Assembly: GCA_964016885.1 (NCBI GenBank)
Contig: OZ024751.1
Span: 24,614,001-24,678,000, forward strand
Source of the DNA: Eledone cirrhosa
Lineage: Eukaryota
Length of the DNA: 64,000 bases
Direction: 5' to 3'
Of the stretch, positions 14,417-28,061 are shown one piece after another (within the stretch, counting starts at the first letter, position 1; each line of letters starts with the position of its first letter). The translations under genes and the position numbers were made by a program. Below the pieces are notes generated by a model. It was not told the DNA's origin. It saw only the letters and a program-made list of their open reading frames with translations, and did no database searches.

Positions 14417-15240
14417 GGGTCGATTATATCACGATGGTGCCTTATTTATTTTAGATTATAAAAAATATAATTGAAAGAACTAAGAAGGAACTACATAAAT
14501 TCTTCAAAAGTTTTAACCTAAGTATTACTTTAAATAAGAACACCAAAACTGTTAATTTCCTTGGTGTTACCCTATGCTTAGACTCTAAAACCTTTACACC
14601 TTACCATAAACCTAATGAAAAACTTTTTTATGTTGATACCAATTCTAACCACCCTAGATCTGTCTTAAACTCAATTATTAAAGGTGTATCTAATAGAATT
14701 AGTAATTTATCTTATAATGAAGATATATTTAACCAAAATGCTCATTATTATAATGAGTTCTGACTATAAAAATAAAATTAAGTTTATGCCTAAAAACTCT
14801 TTTGCCAACTGTAACAATCTAATATTATTTCACATATTTTGGCTATGAAAAAAACCTACAAATATTCTAACTAATAAAGGTAGTTATATTATTGATTGTA
14901 ACAGTGGATTAAATAACGATATGCACCCCCTCTACAGTTCCTCCCAACATTAATAATAAAAACATCTTAAAGATGAGAAAAACATTGTGAATAAAAGGCA
15001 TAGTATATTCACTAAACCTAACATCTGTAATACTAAACATAAAACTGAAGGTAATAATCATAAGGGTATACTTATTAGTAACAAAAGTAAAAAGAATTTA
15101 AATGTTTCTACTAATATAGCTAGAGTATTCTTCTCTATTATTGAAATCAATGTCCAACTTGATCACAAATACCATATTTAATTAATAAAAATACCATTTA
15201 AAATCTTTTACTCTACCACACCTAACATTGCGAGTAGTAA
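14417..15240 (+). mobile_element. Penelope-like RT C-terminal/thumb fragment (pseudogenised)
   Basis: LYHDGAL; FNLSITLNKNTKTVNFLGVTLCL...PYHKPNEKLFYVDTNSNHP; later VSTNIARVFF...YSTTPN. Confidence 0.85.
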
Positions 15241-15442
15241 CAAGAAAACTATTAAATATTTTCCTTCTTATAACTCAGATCGTAAAGGGACGTAACTATT
15301 TGCATCAAGCATGGCGTCCGACCCTCTACTGATACTGCCAATCCACCGACTTATAGGAATAATAATAGCAATTCTAGTATTCATATATCTAACTCTAATA
15401 ACTCTTCACATCTTTAACCTCAAAACAGCTTATATACTTAGA

Positions 15443-15903
15443 TGCCCGTGTAAGATGTTGCATGGCAGTGAGACAGGGGTAGCTTCTGCGGAGGATATGC
15501 GACAGCTGGAGATAAATGAAGCAAGCATGCTCCAATGAATGTGCAATGTCAATGTGCGTGAACGATCAAGCATAGTTGAGTTGACAGTGAAACTGTGGTG
15601 TATAAGAGGGATAAACTGTAGTGTGCGGGAGAGAAAACTGCATTGGTATGGCCATGTGATGCGCATGGAAGATGACCGCTGGGTGAAGAAGTGCCAAGAA
15701 ATCCGGTGGAAGGAAGGCGCAGTAGAGGAAGACCACGAAAAACATGGGCGGAGGTGGTGAGAGCAGACCTCAGATCGCTGAAGCTCTCAGAGGAGATGAC
15801 GAGGGACTGTGACGAATGGAGAGATTCCAAGCTAAAGAGGAACCATCCCACCCTTGCAAGCAGGAAAAGGCAGACATATGATGATGATGATGATGATGAT
15901 GAT
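15443..15903 (+). mobile_element. RTE LINE 3' fragment of the same family; shorter copies at 10704-10895, 13838-13978 and 42905-42975
   Basis: MLHGSET...WYGHVMRMEDDRWVKKC...GRPRKTWAEVV; (GAT)n tails. Confidence 0.9.
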
Positions 15904-16384
15904 ATATATATATACATATATCTATCTATCGATAAATATATATATGATTGTGTAGATATGTGTATGTTTGTGTTTTTCTCAGAAAGACAGACTTTTCTAC
16001 TGCCACCACTAGCCAATCACCCAACTTACTCCTTACTCATTCATCTCTGCTTCTACCCCCTCTTACCAACTCCCTTACAACTTGACACACCCTATTTTAT
16101 ATAAAAATGAAAATAAACTCTTCCTTCCCTTTCTTATTGACACAGTTTCCACTCACCCACCCTTTTTTTTCTATGTAATCAATCAGGTCACTGTTACTGA
16201 TTAGTTACAGTCAATATTTCATTCGGCCCCACAAGATGGTATAATGGTGCAATGGATAGTGGTGAGTCAAAACAAGGAAATAAGCTTTTATGTGGTCATT
16301 TGATTGCTAGAAAGAACAACCAAATCCACTTTCCCACCACCACAATCACCTCATCTTCAAAGAAGAAAGAGGAATATTAGTTAA

Positions 16385-16592
16385 CCCTTTAGCATTTAAA
16401 CCGGCCATATCCGGCCAGAATTCTCTCACCTCTTTCTGTTCAAACCGGCTGTAACTGGATGCTCATACTGACATTAAGCTATTGTTCTCAAAATAAATAA
16501 CATCAAAATCTCATAGATTTGATATTATGTGAAATAAAGTCTTTACTGTGAAAATACAATAGTAAATATAGAGTAATGTAAATGGTAAAGGG
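16385..16592. mobile_element. piggyBac-type MITE; inverted copy at 45514-45723
   Basis: TTAA-CCCTTTAGCATT...AATGGTAAAGGG-TTAA terminal inverted repeats and target duplication. Confidence 0.8.
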
Positions 16593-17348
16593 TTAAAATG
16601 ACTAGATGGTCAAGGAAGGAATATCTTTCATTATGGGTTTGACCTAATGAGAAGCATCATCATAAATACCATCATCATCATTATCAACGCATCTCTCTTT
16701 CTCACTCTCACTCTTTCTTAATATATATAATTGAAATTTAAGTTCACTCCTCTGCAGGTTTAGCTGGCCTCTTATGATATTGTATCTCACAGGAGGTTTC
16801 TCTGGTCTTTTAATGTCCTATTTTGAAAAGCAACATGAAGTGAAGTGTCTTATTTAAAAACACAATACCCCACCTTGGTCCTGGAATTGAGTGATATTTA
16901 TTATATAAAGTGTCTTGTTCAAGGATGTGTTGTTTCCTTGAGCAAGACACTTTATTTCACATTGCTCCAGTTTACTCAGCTGTAGAAATGAGATGATAGG
17001 GACTGGGGTCCCTATCATTCCACTGTAAAGTGGTCGTGTAGGTGCCACGGCAAAAAAGCACCCAGCACTCACTGTAAATGAGGTTGGTGTTAGAAAGGGC
17101 ATCCAGCTGTAGAAATCAAGCCAGAATCAGTTCCCGTCTCACCCTTGCAAGCAGGGAAAAGTGGACGTAAAATGAAAATGAAATGAAAAAATGAAAAATG
17201 GTGACAAAAGAAATTGTTTATATTTATCTAAAGTCCTTTCACTGTAATTTTATGTAAGAGCCTTGTTTAATCATTTGAAAACCATAAGCAGTGATATTTA
17301 TTAGAAATATTGTAATAAAAGGATTAATGATGTGAAAAACCTTCTGAC

Positions 17349-17461
17349 CTTTAGATGAAATAATTTGGAAATTCAGTTTCTGGAATACTGGGAAGAGGTG
17401 CCTGGAATCTTTACATGAAATAATCAGTTGGGACTGACTTTCATCAAATGTACTGGATGAA
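17349..17461 (-). CDS. Penultimate coding exon (SSSTFDESQSQLIISCKDSRHLFPVFQKLNFQIISSK, phase 2-1)
   Basis: Acceptor ttttatattgcag|, donor AAAG|GTCAGA, 113 nt open frame, joins the terminal exon in phase. Confidence 0.65.
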
Positions 17462-18654
17462 CTGCAATATAAAATAATTGGATTCAGATCTACAGGGTGA
17501 CCACAAAAACACTCTGAGCTTGATTATCGCATTGTTGTTTGCCAAGCAACAGTAGAAGCACACATCGAATGTCTGTGATATCAACCAATGCCATATGAAA
17601 CTTTGTTTATGCAACTGTAGCCACCAATATTGTAAGAATATTCATTTCAATTTTCATATTATAAGTATTTGAAATAGTATAAGTATTTAAAAAATAATAT
17701 ATAGAAACTCAAGGTGGTGAATTGGCAGAGTTGTTAGAACGTCAGATAGAATACTTCGCAGTATTTGTTCTGGCCCTCTCTGCTCTTTGAGTTCAAATCC
17801 CATTGAGGTCAGCTTTGCCTTTCATCCATTCAAGGTTGATAAAAAAGTACCAGTCTAGTACTGAGGTCAATTCCTCCTCTCTCTCTCTCTCTATATATAT
17901 ATATATCTTTCTCACTGCCATTCTCTCACCCTCTTTATCCTTCTCTAAAAGAAATCTGCTGTATCCAGACTTGGAGATGAGATGGGTTCTGCCTTGTTTA
18001 AAAAAGGCCTTAAAAACGCTGTATGTAAATACGACGCCCCTACAACTCACTCAGGAGTTACGGGACCATGCATGAATGCATAGAAATTCTGCAATGCTGT
18101 AAAAGTGAATCAAAAGAGAGTGGAAGAGAGAAGGGTGTACAGATATAACAAAAATTTGGTAAGTATGAGAATCATATGTTACTTGGGCCTTCAGAGAAAG
18201 GGATATATCAGTAACACTGAACCAAGGCCTGTGTTTCCCTGGAGGTCTACAAACATGGGAATAGGGAGCAGGGAGTGAAGTTTAAAATTTCAAGTATTTT
18301 TGATAAAAATATAATATACAATCAATCGCGGTTTGGAGTGTTGGCGATAGTACTGTTGTTGTCTCACCGCTACTATGACTACAAACGTTATTTTTCCAAT
18401 TTAAGGGCAGAATCGGTAGAGCGTCGGACACCATGCTTTGTGTCACCATGCTTTGTGTCACATGTGGCACATTGATGGCTTATAAGCTCAAACAGAGTTT
18501 GTACCACATGTGACATATAGGACAAACCTTAAAACAGGAAATAACACAACACGTAATGTTTCCAAATGAGTGTTTGTTTTTACCATATCATGTAATATAC
18601 AGCCTAAAACCAAAAACATGGTACATGGTACATGTGGGTAGATTACAGACATAC

Positions 18655-18700
18655 TGGTCAATGGAACTATGGAATGATGAATTTAAAGGCTCCATCCAAT
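18655..18700 (-). CDS. Candidate exon (DWMEPLNSSFHSSID, phase 1-2); alternative in-frame acceptor at 18736
   Basis: Donor CCA|GTATGT. Its phases bridge exons 19506-19587 and 17349-17461. Confidence 0.5.
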
Positions 18701-19490
18701 CTATAATCTCCTTATAATATATAACCAGCAATTTCTCTGTTTGTCTGTCTGTCCGACAGTAGAAACACGTGCGTGCGAATGTTTTTTGCGCACGCGTAGA
18801 GAGAGAGTGAGAGTGAAAGAAAGAGACAGACTATGAGAGGGGGATAGCGGGAGGGAGAGAGAGAGAGTGAATAGACGCTAAAACACGTGCGCGCGTGCGA
18901 ATGTTTTTTGCGCACGCGTAGAGAGAGAGTGAGAGTGAAAGAAAGAGACAGACTACAAGAGGGGGATAGCGGAAGGGAGAGAGAGGGGAATTGAGGAGTG
19001 CTACAGAAACATATATACATTTCTGTGTGTGTGTAATATATATATACACACACAGAAATATATATATATATACACAGAAATATATATACATTTCTGTGTG
19101 TGTAATATATATATATATACTAGCATAAAACCACTCGATAGGCGGTTTTCTGCTAGTCTATATTATAATAAGAGCGCTGTCAGTCCGTCCGTCCGTCCGT
19201 CCATTCCTTCGTCTGTCACGCTCGCTTTATATATAGAGAGAGATAGAGAGAGAAAATGGAACGCTGTATGTTTTGGCGGTGATAGAAAGGGGTAGATAGC
19301 CAGAAAGTTACGACATTGCTCTTATCTATATCTAGAGAGGGAGAGGGCCAAGTGAAAAAGATGTATATAGACATAGAGAGACAGGTTGTGTGTGTGTGTG
19401 TGACAAAGAGGAAGAGGATGTTGCCCTCATCTCGTATCTTATAAAACGAGTAGAAATCACATGTCAAGGGGAAGCCACTCTTAATATTGC
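18700..19490 (+). mobile_element. Probable tandem non-autonomous Helitron-like elements
   Basis: TC-starting AT-rich heads followed by (GTCT/GTCC)n; internal ~119-bp direct repeat at 18762-18985; hairpin ending CTAGT at ~19119-19157. Confidence 0.45.
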
Positions 19491-19505
19491 TACAGAGTTG
19501 TGTAC

Positions 19506-19587
19506 CTTGGCACTTTAGTTTCCAGTCTTTCCAGTGGTGGAGATGAGGAAGTAATGTTTCATTGCAGACAAATACATAACATGCTTT
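19506..19587 (-). CDS. Candidate exon (KACYVFVCNETLLPHLHHWKDWKLKCQ, phase 0-1)
   Basis: Acceptor tttcaactacag|, donor CAAG|GTACAC, only one open frame. Confidence 0.55.
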
Positions 19588-19639
19588 CTGTAGTTGAAAC
19601 TATTTCACTTCAAGGGTGGATTGGCAGTATCGGTCGAGG

Positions 19640-20648
19640 GGGGGTATATATGCTTGAGAGTGTGTTGGCGCATGTGTGTTTGTGTGTGAGCCACGCTGTG
19701 TGTGTATGTGTGTGTGTGTGTGTGCCGGTGTGTATATGCTAGGGAGTGTGTTGGTGCATGTGTGTGTGTGTGTGAGCGACGCTGTGTGTATGTGTGTGTA
19801 TATTATAGGGAGTGTGTTGGTACATGTGTGTGTATGTGTGTGTGTGAGCGTCTCTGTGTGTGTATATATGTGTGTGTGTGCATGTGTATCAGTGTGTGTG
19901 AGTGCCGGTGTGTATGTGTGTATATGCGAGAGAGGAGTGTGTTGGTGCATGTGTGTGTGAGCGTCTCTGTGTGTGTATGTGTGTGTGTGCATGTGTATCA
20001 GTGTGTGTGAGTACCGGCGTGTATGTGTGTATATGCTAGAGAGTGTGTTGGTGCATGTGTATGTGTGTATGTGCGTGTGTATGTGTTCGTGTGCCGGTGT
20101 GTGTGTGTGTGTGTGTATCAACTGGTGTATGTGCCAGAGTGTGGATCTACCAGTGTATGTAAGTTGTTGTTTATGTGAAAATGTGTGGGTGTATATGTAC
20201 TTATGTGTGTGTGTGTGTGTGTGTGTATATGTACATATGTGTGTGTGTATATGTACCTATGTGTGTGTGTGTATATATGTACCTATGTGTGTATGTATAT
20301 GTACCTATGTGTGTATGTATATGTACCTATGTGTGTGTGTATATGTACCTATGTGTGTGTATATGTACCTATGTGTGTGTATATGTACCTATGTGTGTGT
20401 ATATGTACCTATGTGTGTGTGTATATGTACCTGTGTGTGTGTGTGTGTGTATATGTACCTATGTGTGTGTGTATATGTACCTGTGTGTGTGTGTGTGTGT
20501 ATATGTACCTATGTATGTATATATGTACCCATGTGTATATATGTACCCATGTATATATATATATATGTACCCATGTATATATATATATATATATGTACCC
20601 ATATATATATATATATACCCATGGGTACATATATATATATATGTACCC

Positions 20649-20684
<36 letters not shown>

Positions 20685-20818
20685 CCATGTGTATATATGT
20701 ACCCATGTATATATATATATGTACCCATGTATATATATATATATATGTACCCATATATATATATATACCCATGGGTACATATATATATACACTTGGGTAC
20801 ATATATATATATGTACCC

Positions 20819-20854
<36 letters not shown>

Positions 20855-20906
20855 CCATGTATATATATATATATATATGTACCCATGTATATATATATAT
20901 GTACCC

Positions 20907-20942
<36 letters not shown>

Positions 20943-21090
20943 ACCCATGTATATATATATATATATATGTACCCATGTGTATATATATATATATATATAT
21001 GTACCCATGTGTATATATATATATGTACCCATGTGTATATATATATATATATATACATGTCTGTATATATATATATATATATATATATAC

Positions 21091-21134
<44 letters not shown>

Positions 21135-23492
21135 ATATATATATATATATGTACCCATGTGTGTACAAGATATCTAACCACTGTCAACCTATCCCAGTCA
21201 TCCGTAGATTATTTCTCCTCTCTACAGGTATCTCCCTCTCCCTCAATTTCAAAATGTCCTCTTCACATCTATATATACATATACACACCATATATATATA
21301 TACATATACACACTATATATATATATATACATATACACACCATATATATATATACATATACACACCATATATATATATACATATACACACCATATATATA
21401 TATATACATATACACACCATATATATATATACATATACACACCATATATATATATACTATATACACACCATATATATATATACATATATACACCATATAT
21501 ATATATACATATACACACCATATATATATATACATATATACACACCATATATATATATACTATATACACACCATATATATATACATATACACACCATATA
21601 TATATATATATACTATATACACACCATATATATATATATACATATACACACCATATATATATATACTATATACACACCATATATATATATACATATATAC
21701 ACACCATATATATATATACATATATACACACCATATATATATATACATATACACACACCATATATATACATATACACACCATATACATATATATATATAC
21801 ACACACCATATATATATATACACACACACCATATATATACATACACACACCATATATATATATACATATATACACACCATATATATATATATATACACAC
21901 CATATATATATATACATATATACACACCATATACATATATACACACACCGTGTATACATATACACACACCATATATATACATACACACACCATATATATA
22001 TATACACACACCATATATATATACACACAACATATATATACATATACACACCATGTATATACATACACACACCATATATATATATATATATACACACACC
22101 ATATATACACACATACATACACCAAATATACACATACACACACCAAATATACACATACACACACCAAATATACACATACACACACCAAACTTACACATAG
22201 ACACACAGCATATATACACATACACACAACACATACATGGCTGTTACTTATTTTATCAATCTCTGGTTAGCGAACCACTAAGTTAGAAGGCATAAGCAAA
22301 CAATGAGTATGTTCATATGTATACACATGCATGTGTGTGTATGTGTTCATGTGTGTGTGTGTATGTGAGCAACTGTGTGTGTTCATGTGTGTATACATGT
22401 ATGTGTTCATGAGTGTATGCTCATATATATACATATGTATGTGTGTGTGTTTATGTGTGTGTTCATGTGAGTATGCTCATACGTGTGTGTGCCTGTGTGT
22501 CCATGTGTGTATGTTCATATGTACACATGTATGTGTGTGTGTGTGTTCATATCTTTACATGTGTGTGTGTGTGTTCATATCTTTACATGTGTGTGTCCAT
22601 GTGTGTGTGTTCATATGTTTAAATGTGTGTGTGTGTGTGTTCATATCTTTACATGTGTGTGTGTGTGTCCATGTGTGTGTGTTCATATGTACACATGTAT
22701 GTGTGTGTGTGTGTTCATATCTTTACATGTGTGTGTGTGTGTTCATATCTTTACATGTGTGTGTCCATGTGTGTGTGTTCATATGTTTAAATGTGTGTGT
22801 GTGTGTGTTCATATCTTTACATGTGTGTGTGTGTGTGTGTCCATGTGTGTGTGTTCATATGTACACATGTATGTGTGTGTGTGTGTTCATATCTTTACAT
22901 GTGTGTGTGTGTGTCCATGTGTGTGTGTTCATATCTTTACATGTGTGTGTCCATGTGTGTGTGTTCATATGTTTACATGTGTGTGTGTGTGTGTTCAGAT
23001 CTTTACATGTGTGTCCATGTGTGTGTGTTCATATCTTTACTTGTGTGTGTGTGTGTGTGTGTGTGTGTGCCCATGTGTGTGTGTTCATATGTTTACATGT
23101 GTGTGCCTGTGTGTCCATGTGTGTATGTTCATATGTACACATGTATGTGTGTGTGTGTGTTCATATCTTTACATGTGTGTGTGTGTGGGTGTGCCCATGT
23201 GTGTGTGGGTGTGCCCATGTGTGTGTGGGTGTGACCATGTGTGTGTGTTCATATCTTTACATGTGTGTGTCCATGTGTGTGTGGGTGTGTCCATGTGTGT
23301 GTGTTCATATCTTTACATGTGTGTGTGTGTGGGTGTGCCCATGTGTGTGTGGGTGTGCCCATGTGTGTGTGGGTGTGACCATGTGTGTGTGTTCATATCT
23401 TTACATGTGTGTGTCCATGTGTGTGTGGGTGTGTCCATGTGTGTGTGTTCATATCTTTACATGTGTGTGTCCATGTGTGTGTGTTCATATGT

Positions 23493-23520
<28 letters not shown>
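19640..23520. repeat. Compound (TG)/(TA)/(CA) microsatellite-derived fields
   Basis: Successive motifs: atgtacc, cacaccat, gttcatatctttacat. Confidence 0.9.
21189..21268 (-). CDS. Candidate exon ([26 protein letters not shown], phase 2-1)
   Basis: Unique island between microsatellite fields with tatag| acceptor and one open frame. The donor is uncertain and its phase does not join the next candidate exon directly. Confidence 0.4.
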
Positions 23521-23523
<3 letters not shown>

Positions 23524-23768
23524 AGAGACCCGCCATGTTTACCAGCACTAACCCAACCACTGCTACACTACACACACTCCACTGTTTACATGTGTGTGTG
23601 TGTGTGTGAGAGAGACCTGCCATGTTTACCAGCACTAACCCAACCACTGCTACACTACACACACTCCACTGTTTACATGTGTGTGTGTGTGTGTGTGTGA
23701 GAGAGACCCGCCATGTTTACCAGCACTAACCCAACCACTGCTACACTACACACACTACACTGTTTACA

Positions 23769-23799
<31 letters not shown>

Positions 23800-23860
23800 C
23801 CTGCCATGTTTACCACACTAACCCAACCACTGCTACACTACACACACTACACTGTTTACA

Positions 23861-23891
<31 letters not shown>

Positions 23892-23953
23892 CCTGCCATG
23901 TTTACCAGCACTAACCCAACCACTGCTACACTACACACACTACACTGTTTACA

Positions 23954-23984
<31 letters not shown>

Positions 23985-24136
23985 CCTGCCATGTTTACCA
24001 CACTAACCCAACCACTGCTACACTACACACACTCCACTGTTTACATGTGTGTGTGTGTGTGTGTGTGAGAGAGACCCGCCATGTTTACCAGCACTAACCC
24101 AACCACTGCTACACTACACACACTACACTGTTTACA

Positions 24137-24167
<31 letters not shown>

Positions 24168-24228
24168 CCTGCCATGTTTACCACACTAACCCAACCACTG
24201 CTACACTACACACACTCCACTGTTTACA

Positions 24229-24259
<31 letters not shown>

Positions 24260-24320
24260 CCCGCCATGTTTACCACACTAACCCAACCACTGCTACACTA
24301 CACACACTACACTGTTTACA

Positions 24321-24351
<31 letters not shown>

Positions 24352-24412
24352 CCCGCCATGTTTACCACACTAACCCAACCACTGCTACACTACACACACT
24401 ACACTGTTTACA

Positions 24413-24443
<31 letters not shown>

Positions 24444-24504
24444 CCCGCCATGTTTACCACACTAACCCAACCACTGCTACACTACACACACTACACTGTT
24501 TACA

Positions 24505-24535
<31 letters not shown>

Positions 24536-24597
24536 CCTGCCATGTTTACCAGCACTAACCCAACCACTGCTACACTACACACACTACACTGTTTACA

Positions 24598-24628
<31 letters not shown>

Positions 24629-24689
24629 CCTGCCATGTTTACCACACTAACCCAACCACTGCTACACTACACACACTACACTGTTTACA

Positions 24690-24720
<31 letters not shown>

Positions 24721-24871
24721 CCTGCCATGTTTACCAGCACTAACCCAACCACTGCTACACTACACACACTCCACTGTTTACATGTGTGTGTGTGTGTGTG
24801 TGAGAGAGACCCGCCATGTTTACCACCACTAACCCAACCACTGCTACACTACACACACTCCACTGTTTACA

Positions 24872-24902
<31 letters not shown>

Positions 24903-26685
24903 CCTGCCATGTTTACCAGCACTAACCCAACCACTGCTACACTACACACACTCCACTGTTTACATGTGTGTGTGTGTGTGTGTGAGAGAGACCCGCCATG
25001 TTTACCAGCACTAAACCAACCACTGCTACACTACACACACTCCACTGTTTACATGTGTGTGTGTGTGTGTGTGAGAGAGACCTGCCATGTTTACCAGCAC
25101 TAACCCAACCACTGCTACACTACACACACTACACTGTTTACATGTGTGTGTGTGTGTGTGTGAGAGAGACCTGCCATGTTTACCAGCACTAACCCAACCA
25201 CTGCTACACTACACACACTACACTGTTTACATGTGTGTGTGTGTGTGTGTGTGAGAGACCCGCCATGTTTACCAGCACTAACCCAACCACTGCTATACTA
25301 CACACACTCCACTGTTTACATGTGTGTGTGTGTGTGTGAGAGAGACCTGCCATGTTTACCAGCACTAACCCAACCACTGCTACACTACACACACTACACT
25401 GTTTACATGTGTGTGTGTGTGTGTGTGAGAGAGACCCACCATGTTTACCACACTAACCCAACCACTGCTACACTACACACACTCCACTGTTTACATGTGT
25501 GTGTGTGTGTGTGAGAGAGACCTGCCATGTTTACCAGCACTAACCCAACCACTGCTACACTACACACACTACACTGTTTACATGTGTGTGTGTGTGTGTG
25601 TGTGAGAGACCCGCCATGTTTACCAGCACTAACCCAACCACTGCTACACTACACACACTCCACTGTTTACATGTGTGTGTGTGTGTGTGAGAGAGACCTG
25701 CCATGTTTACCAGCACTAACCCAACCACTGCTACACTACACACACTACACTGTTTACATGTGTGTGTGTGTGTGTGTGAGAGAGACCCACCATGTTTACC
25801 AGCACTAACCCAACCACTGCTACACTACACACACTACACTGTTTACATGTGTGTGTGTGTGTGTGTGAGAGAGACCCGCCATGTTTACCAGCACTAACCC
25901 AACCACTGCTACACTACACACACTACACTGTTTACATGTGTGTGTGTGTGTGTGTGAGAGAGACCCACCATGTTTACCACACTAACCCAACCACTGCTAC
26001 ACTACACACACTACACTGTTTACATGTGTGTGTGTGTGAGAGAGACCCACCATGTTTACCACACTAACCCAACCACTGCTACACTACACACACTCCACTG
26101 TTTACATGTGTGTGTGTGTGAGAGAGACCCACCATGTTTACCACACTAACCCAACCACTGCTACACTACACACACTCCACTGTTTACATGTGTGTGTGTG
26201 TGAGAGAGACCCGCCATGTTTACCAGCACTAACCCAACCACTGCTACACTACACACACTCCACTGTTTACATGTGTGTGTGTGTGAGAGAGACCCACCAT
26301 GTTTACCACACTAACCCAACCACTGCTACACTACACACACTCCACTGTTTACATGTGTGTGTGTGTGTGTGTGAGAGAGACCCACCATGTTTACCACACT
26401 AACCCAACCACTGCTACACTACACACACTCCACTGTTTACATGTGTGTGTGTGTGAGAGAGACCCACCATGTTTACCACACTAACCCAACCACTGCTACA
26501 CTACACACACTCCACTGTTTACATGTGTGTGTGTGTGAGAGAGACCCACCATGTTTACCACACTAACCCAACCACTGCTACACTACACACACTCCACTGT
26601 TTACATGTGTGTGTGTGTGAGAGAGACCCACCATGTTTACCACACTAACCCAACCACTGCTACACTACACACACTCCACTGTTTA
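23521..26685. repeat. ~82-93-bp minisatellite with variable (GT)n, ~36 copies
   Basis: gagagacccgccatgtttaccagcactaacccaaccactgctacactacacacactccactgtttacat(gt)n. Confidence 0.95.
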
Positions 26686-26733
26686 ACAATTGTATTAACA
26701 ACCAGTCTTTGTAAACATTCGTTACCATGGAAA
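26680..26733 (-). CDS. Candidate exon (FHGNECLQRLVVNTIVK, phase 2-2)
   Basis: Acceptor gttacag|, open frame, phases match both neighbours. The donor (CA|GTGGAG) is weak and lies at the edge of the ~90-bp satellite. Confidence 0.45.
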
Positions 26734-26864
26734 CTGTAACAGCTGCACATATTTACACAGTTCCTCACTGTTTCACATATTAAAATGGCACGCTGCACCA
26801 ATACATATATATATATACATACACACTCACACACATATACACACATACACACATACACACACAC

Positions 26865-26906
<42 letters not shown>

Positions 26907-26912
<6 letters not shown>

Positions 26913-27289
26913 AGTTATATTTAAATTGTTGGGTTACAACTAGTAAATATTTATAACTGATATAAAAGCACTCGACAAGTATTTGGAGTATATCTACAAT
27001 ATTAAATAAATGGAAACTATATTTATAAAACCATATTTATTTCATTATATATATTTCAGGGATATCATATTAACAATATGCTATGCCTTCCTCAGACAAA
27101 ATACAATATAAACAGTTTTATAGATAAATAGATTCGATGTTGTTACGGTATGTCGAATCTATTTATCTATAAAACTGTTTATATTGTATTTTGTCTGAGG
27201 AAGGCATAGCATATTGTTAATATGATATCCCTGAAATATATATAATGAAATAAATATGGTTTTATAAATATAGTTTCCATTTATTTAAT

Positions 27290-27295
<6 letters not shown>
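26907..27295. mobile_element. (TA)n-flanked palindromic PLE-end insertion
   Basis: Arms 26995-27137 and 27153-27295 with a 15-bp spacer. The left arm has an ~88-bp extra tail. Confidence 0.8.
27187..27252 (+). ncRNA. Minimal hammerhead ribozyme motif; further copies at 27038-27103 (-) and 63132-63197 (-)
   Basis: TATTTTGT-CTGAGGA-agg..catatt/aatatg..cct-GAAA-TATATA-TA^-ATGAAATA, AATAAA adjacent. Confidence 0.8.
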
Positions 27296-27383
<88 letters not shown>

Positions 27384-27429
27384 TAAATATATATATATAT
27401 ATATATATAAAGGCACGCTGCACCAATAC

Positions 27430-27486
<57 letters not shown>

Positions 27487-27497
27487 TACACACACAC

Positions 27498-27541
<44 letters not shown>

Positions 27542-27603
27542 ATGTATGTGTGTATATGTGTGTGTGTGTGTGTATATATATATGTATTGGTGCAGCGTGC
27601 CTT

Positions 27604-27672
<69 letters not shown>

Positions 27673-27679
<7 letters not shown>

Positions 27680-28030
27680 AGAAAAAAGAGAATCAGTGTT
27701 GCGACGAAAGGAATTTATTGGACATATTACAATTGTTTCTCGGGCAACCAGCTCGGGGCACAATCGATGTGGTGGTCAAACCTGACTCTGAAATCGCGCG
27801 GTCCTCAGATACGTCTCGATTCTACGAAGCAGATTTCAGAGTCAGGTGTGACCACCACATCGATTGTGCCCCGAGCTGGTTGCCCGAGAAACAATTGTAA
27901 TATGTCCAATAAATTCCTTTCGTCGCAACACTGATTCTATTTTTTCTGTGATATCATACTCTGCTCTATGAGGGCATTGAGTGCTTATACGGCCTACCGC
28001 ATACGTTGGTTTTACGCATCCAACACCAAT
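27673..28030. mobile_element. (TA)n-flanked palindromic PLE-end insertion
   Basis: Arms 27673-27795 and 27832-27954. The right arm has an extra tail to (TA)n. Confidence 0.8.
27721..27815 (-). ncRNA. Hammerhead ribozyme motif with enlarged stem II
   Basis: GACGTAT-CTGAGGA-(~62 nt)-GAAA-CAATTG-TA^-ATATGTC-c-AATAAA. Confidence 0.7.

Positions 28031-28061
<31 letters not shown>

Noticed and set aside
19973-23700. Long Cys/Val/Tyr/Ile/His-rich ORFs
   Set aside because: Translations of (TG)/(TA)/(CA) microsatellites, open in many frames.
23521-26685. CTAACCC telomere-like motif in the satellite unit
   Set aside because: A single hexamer per unit, with no tandem TTAGGG run.
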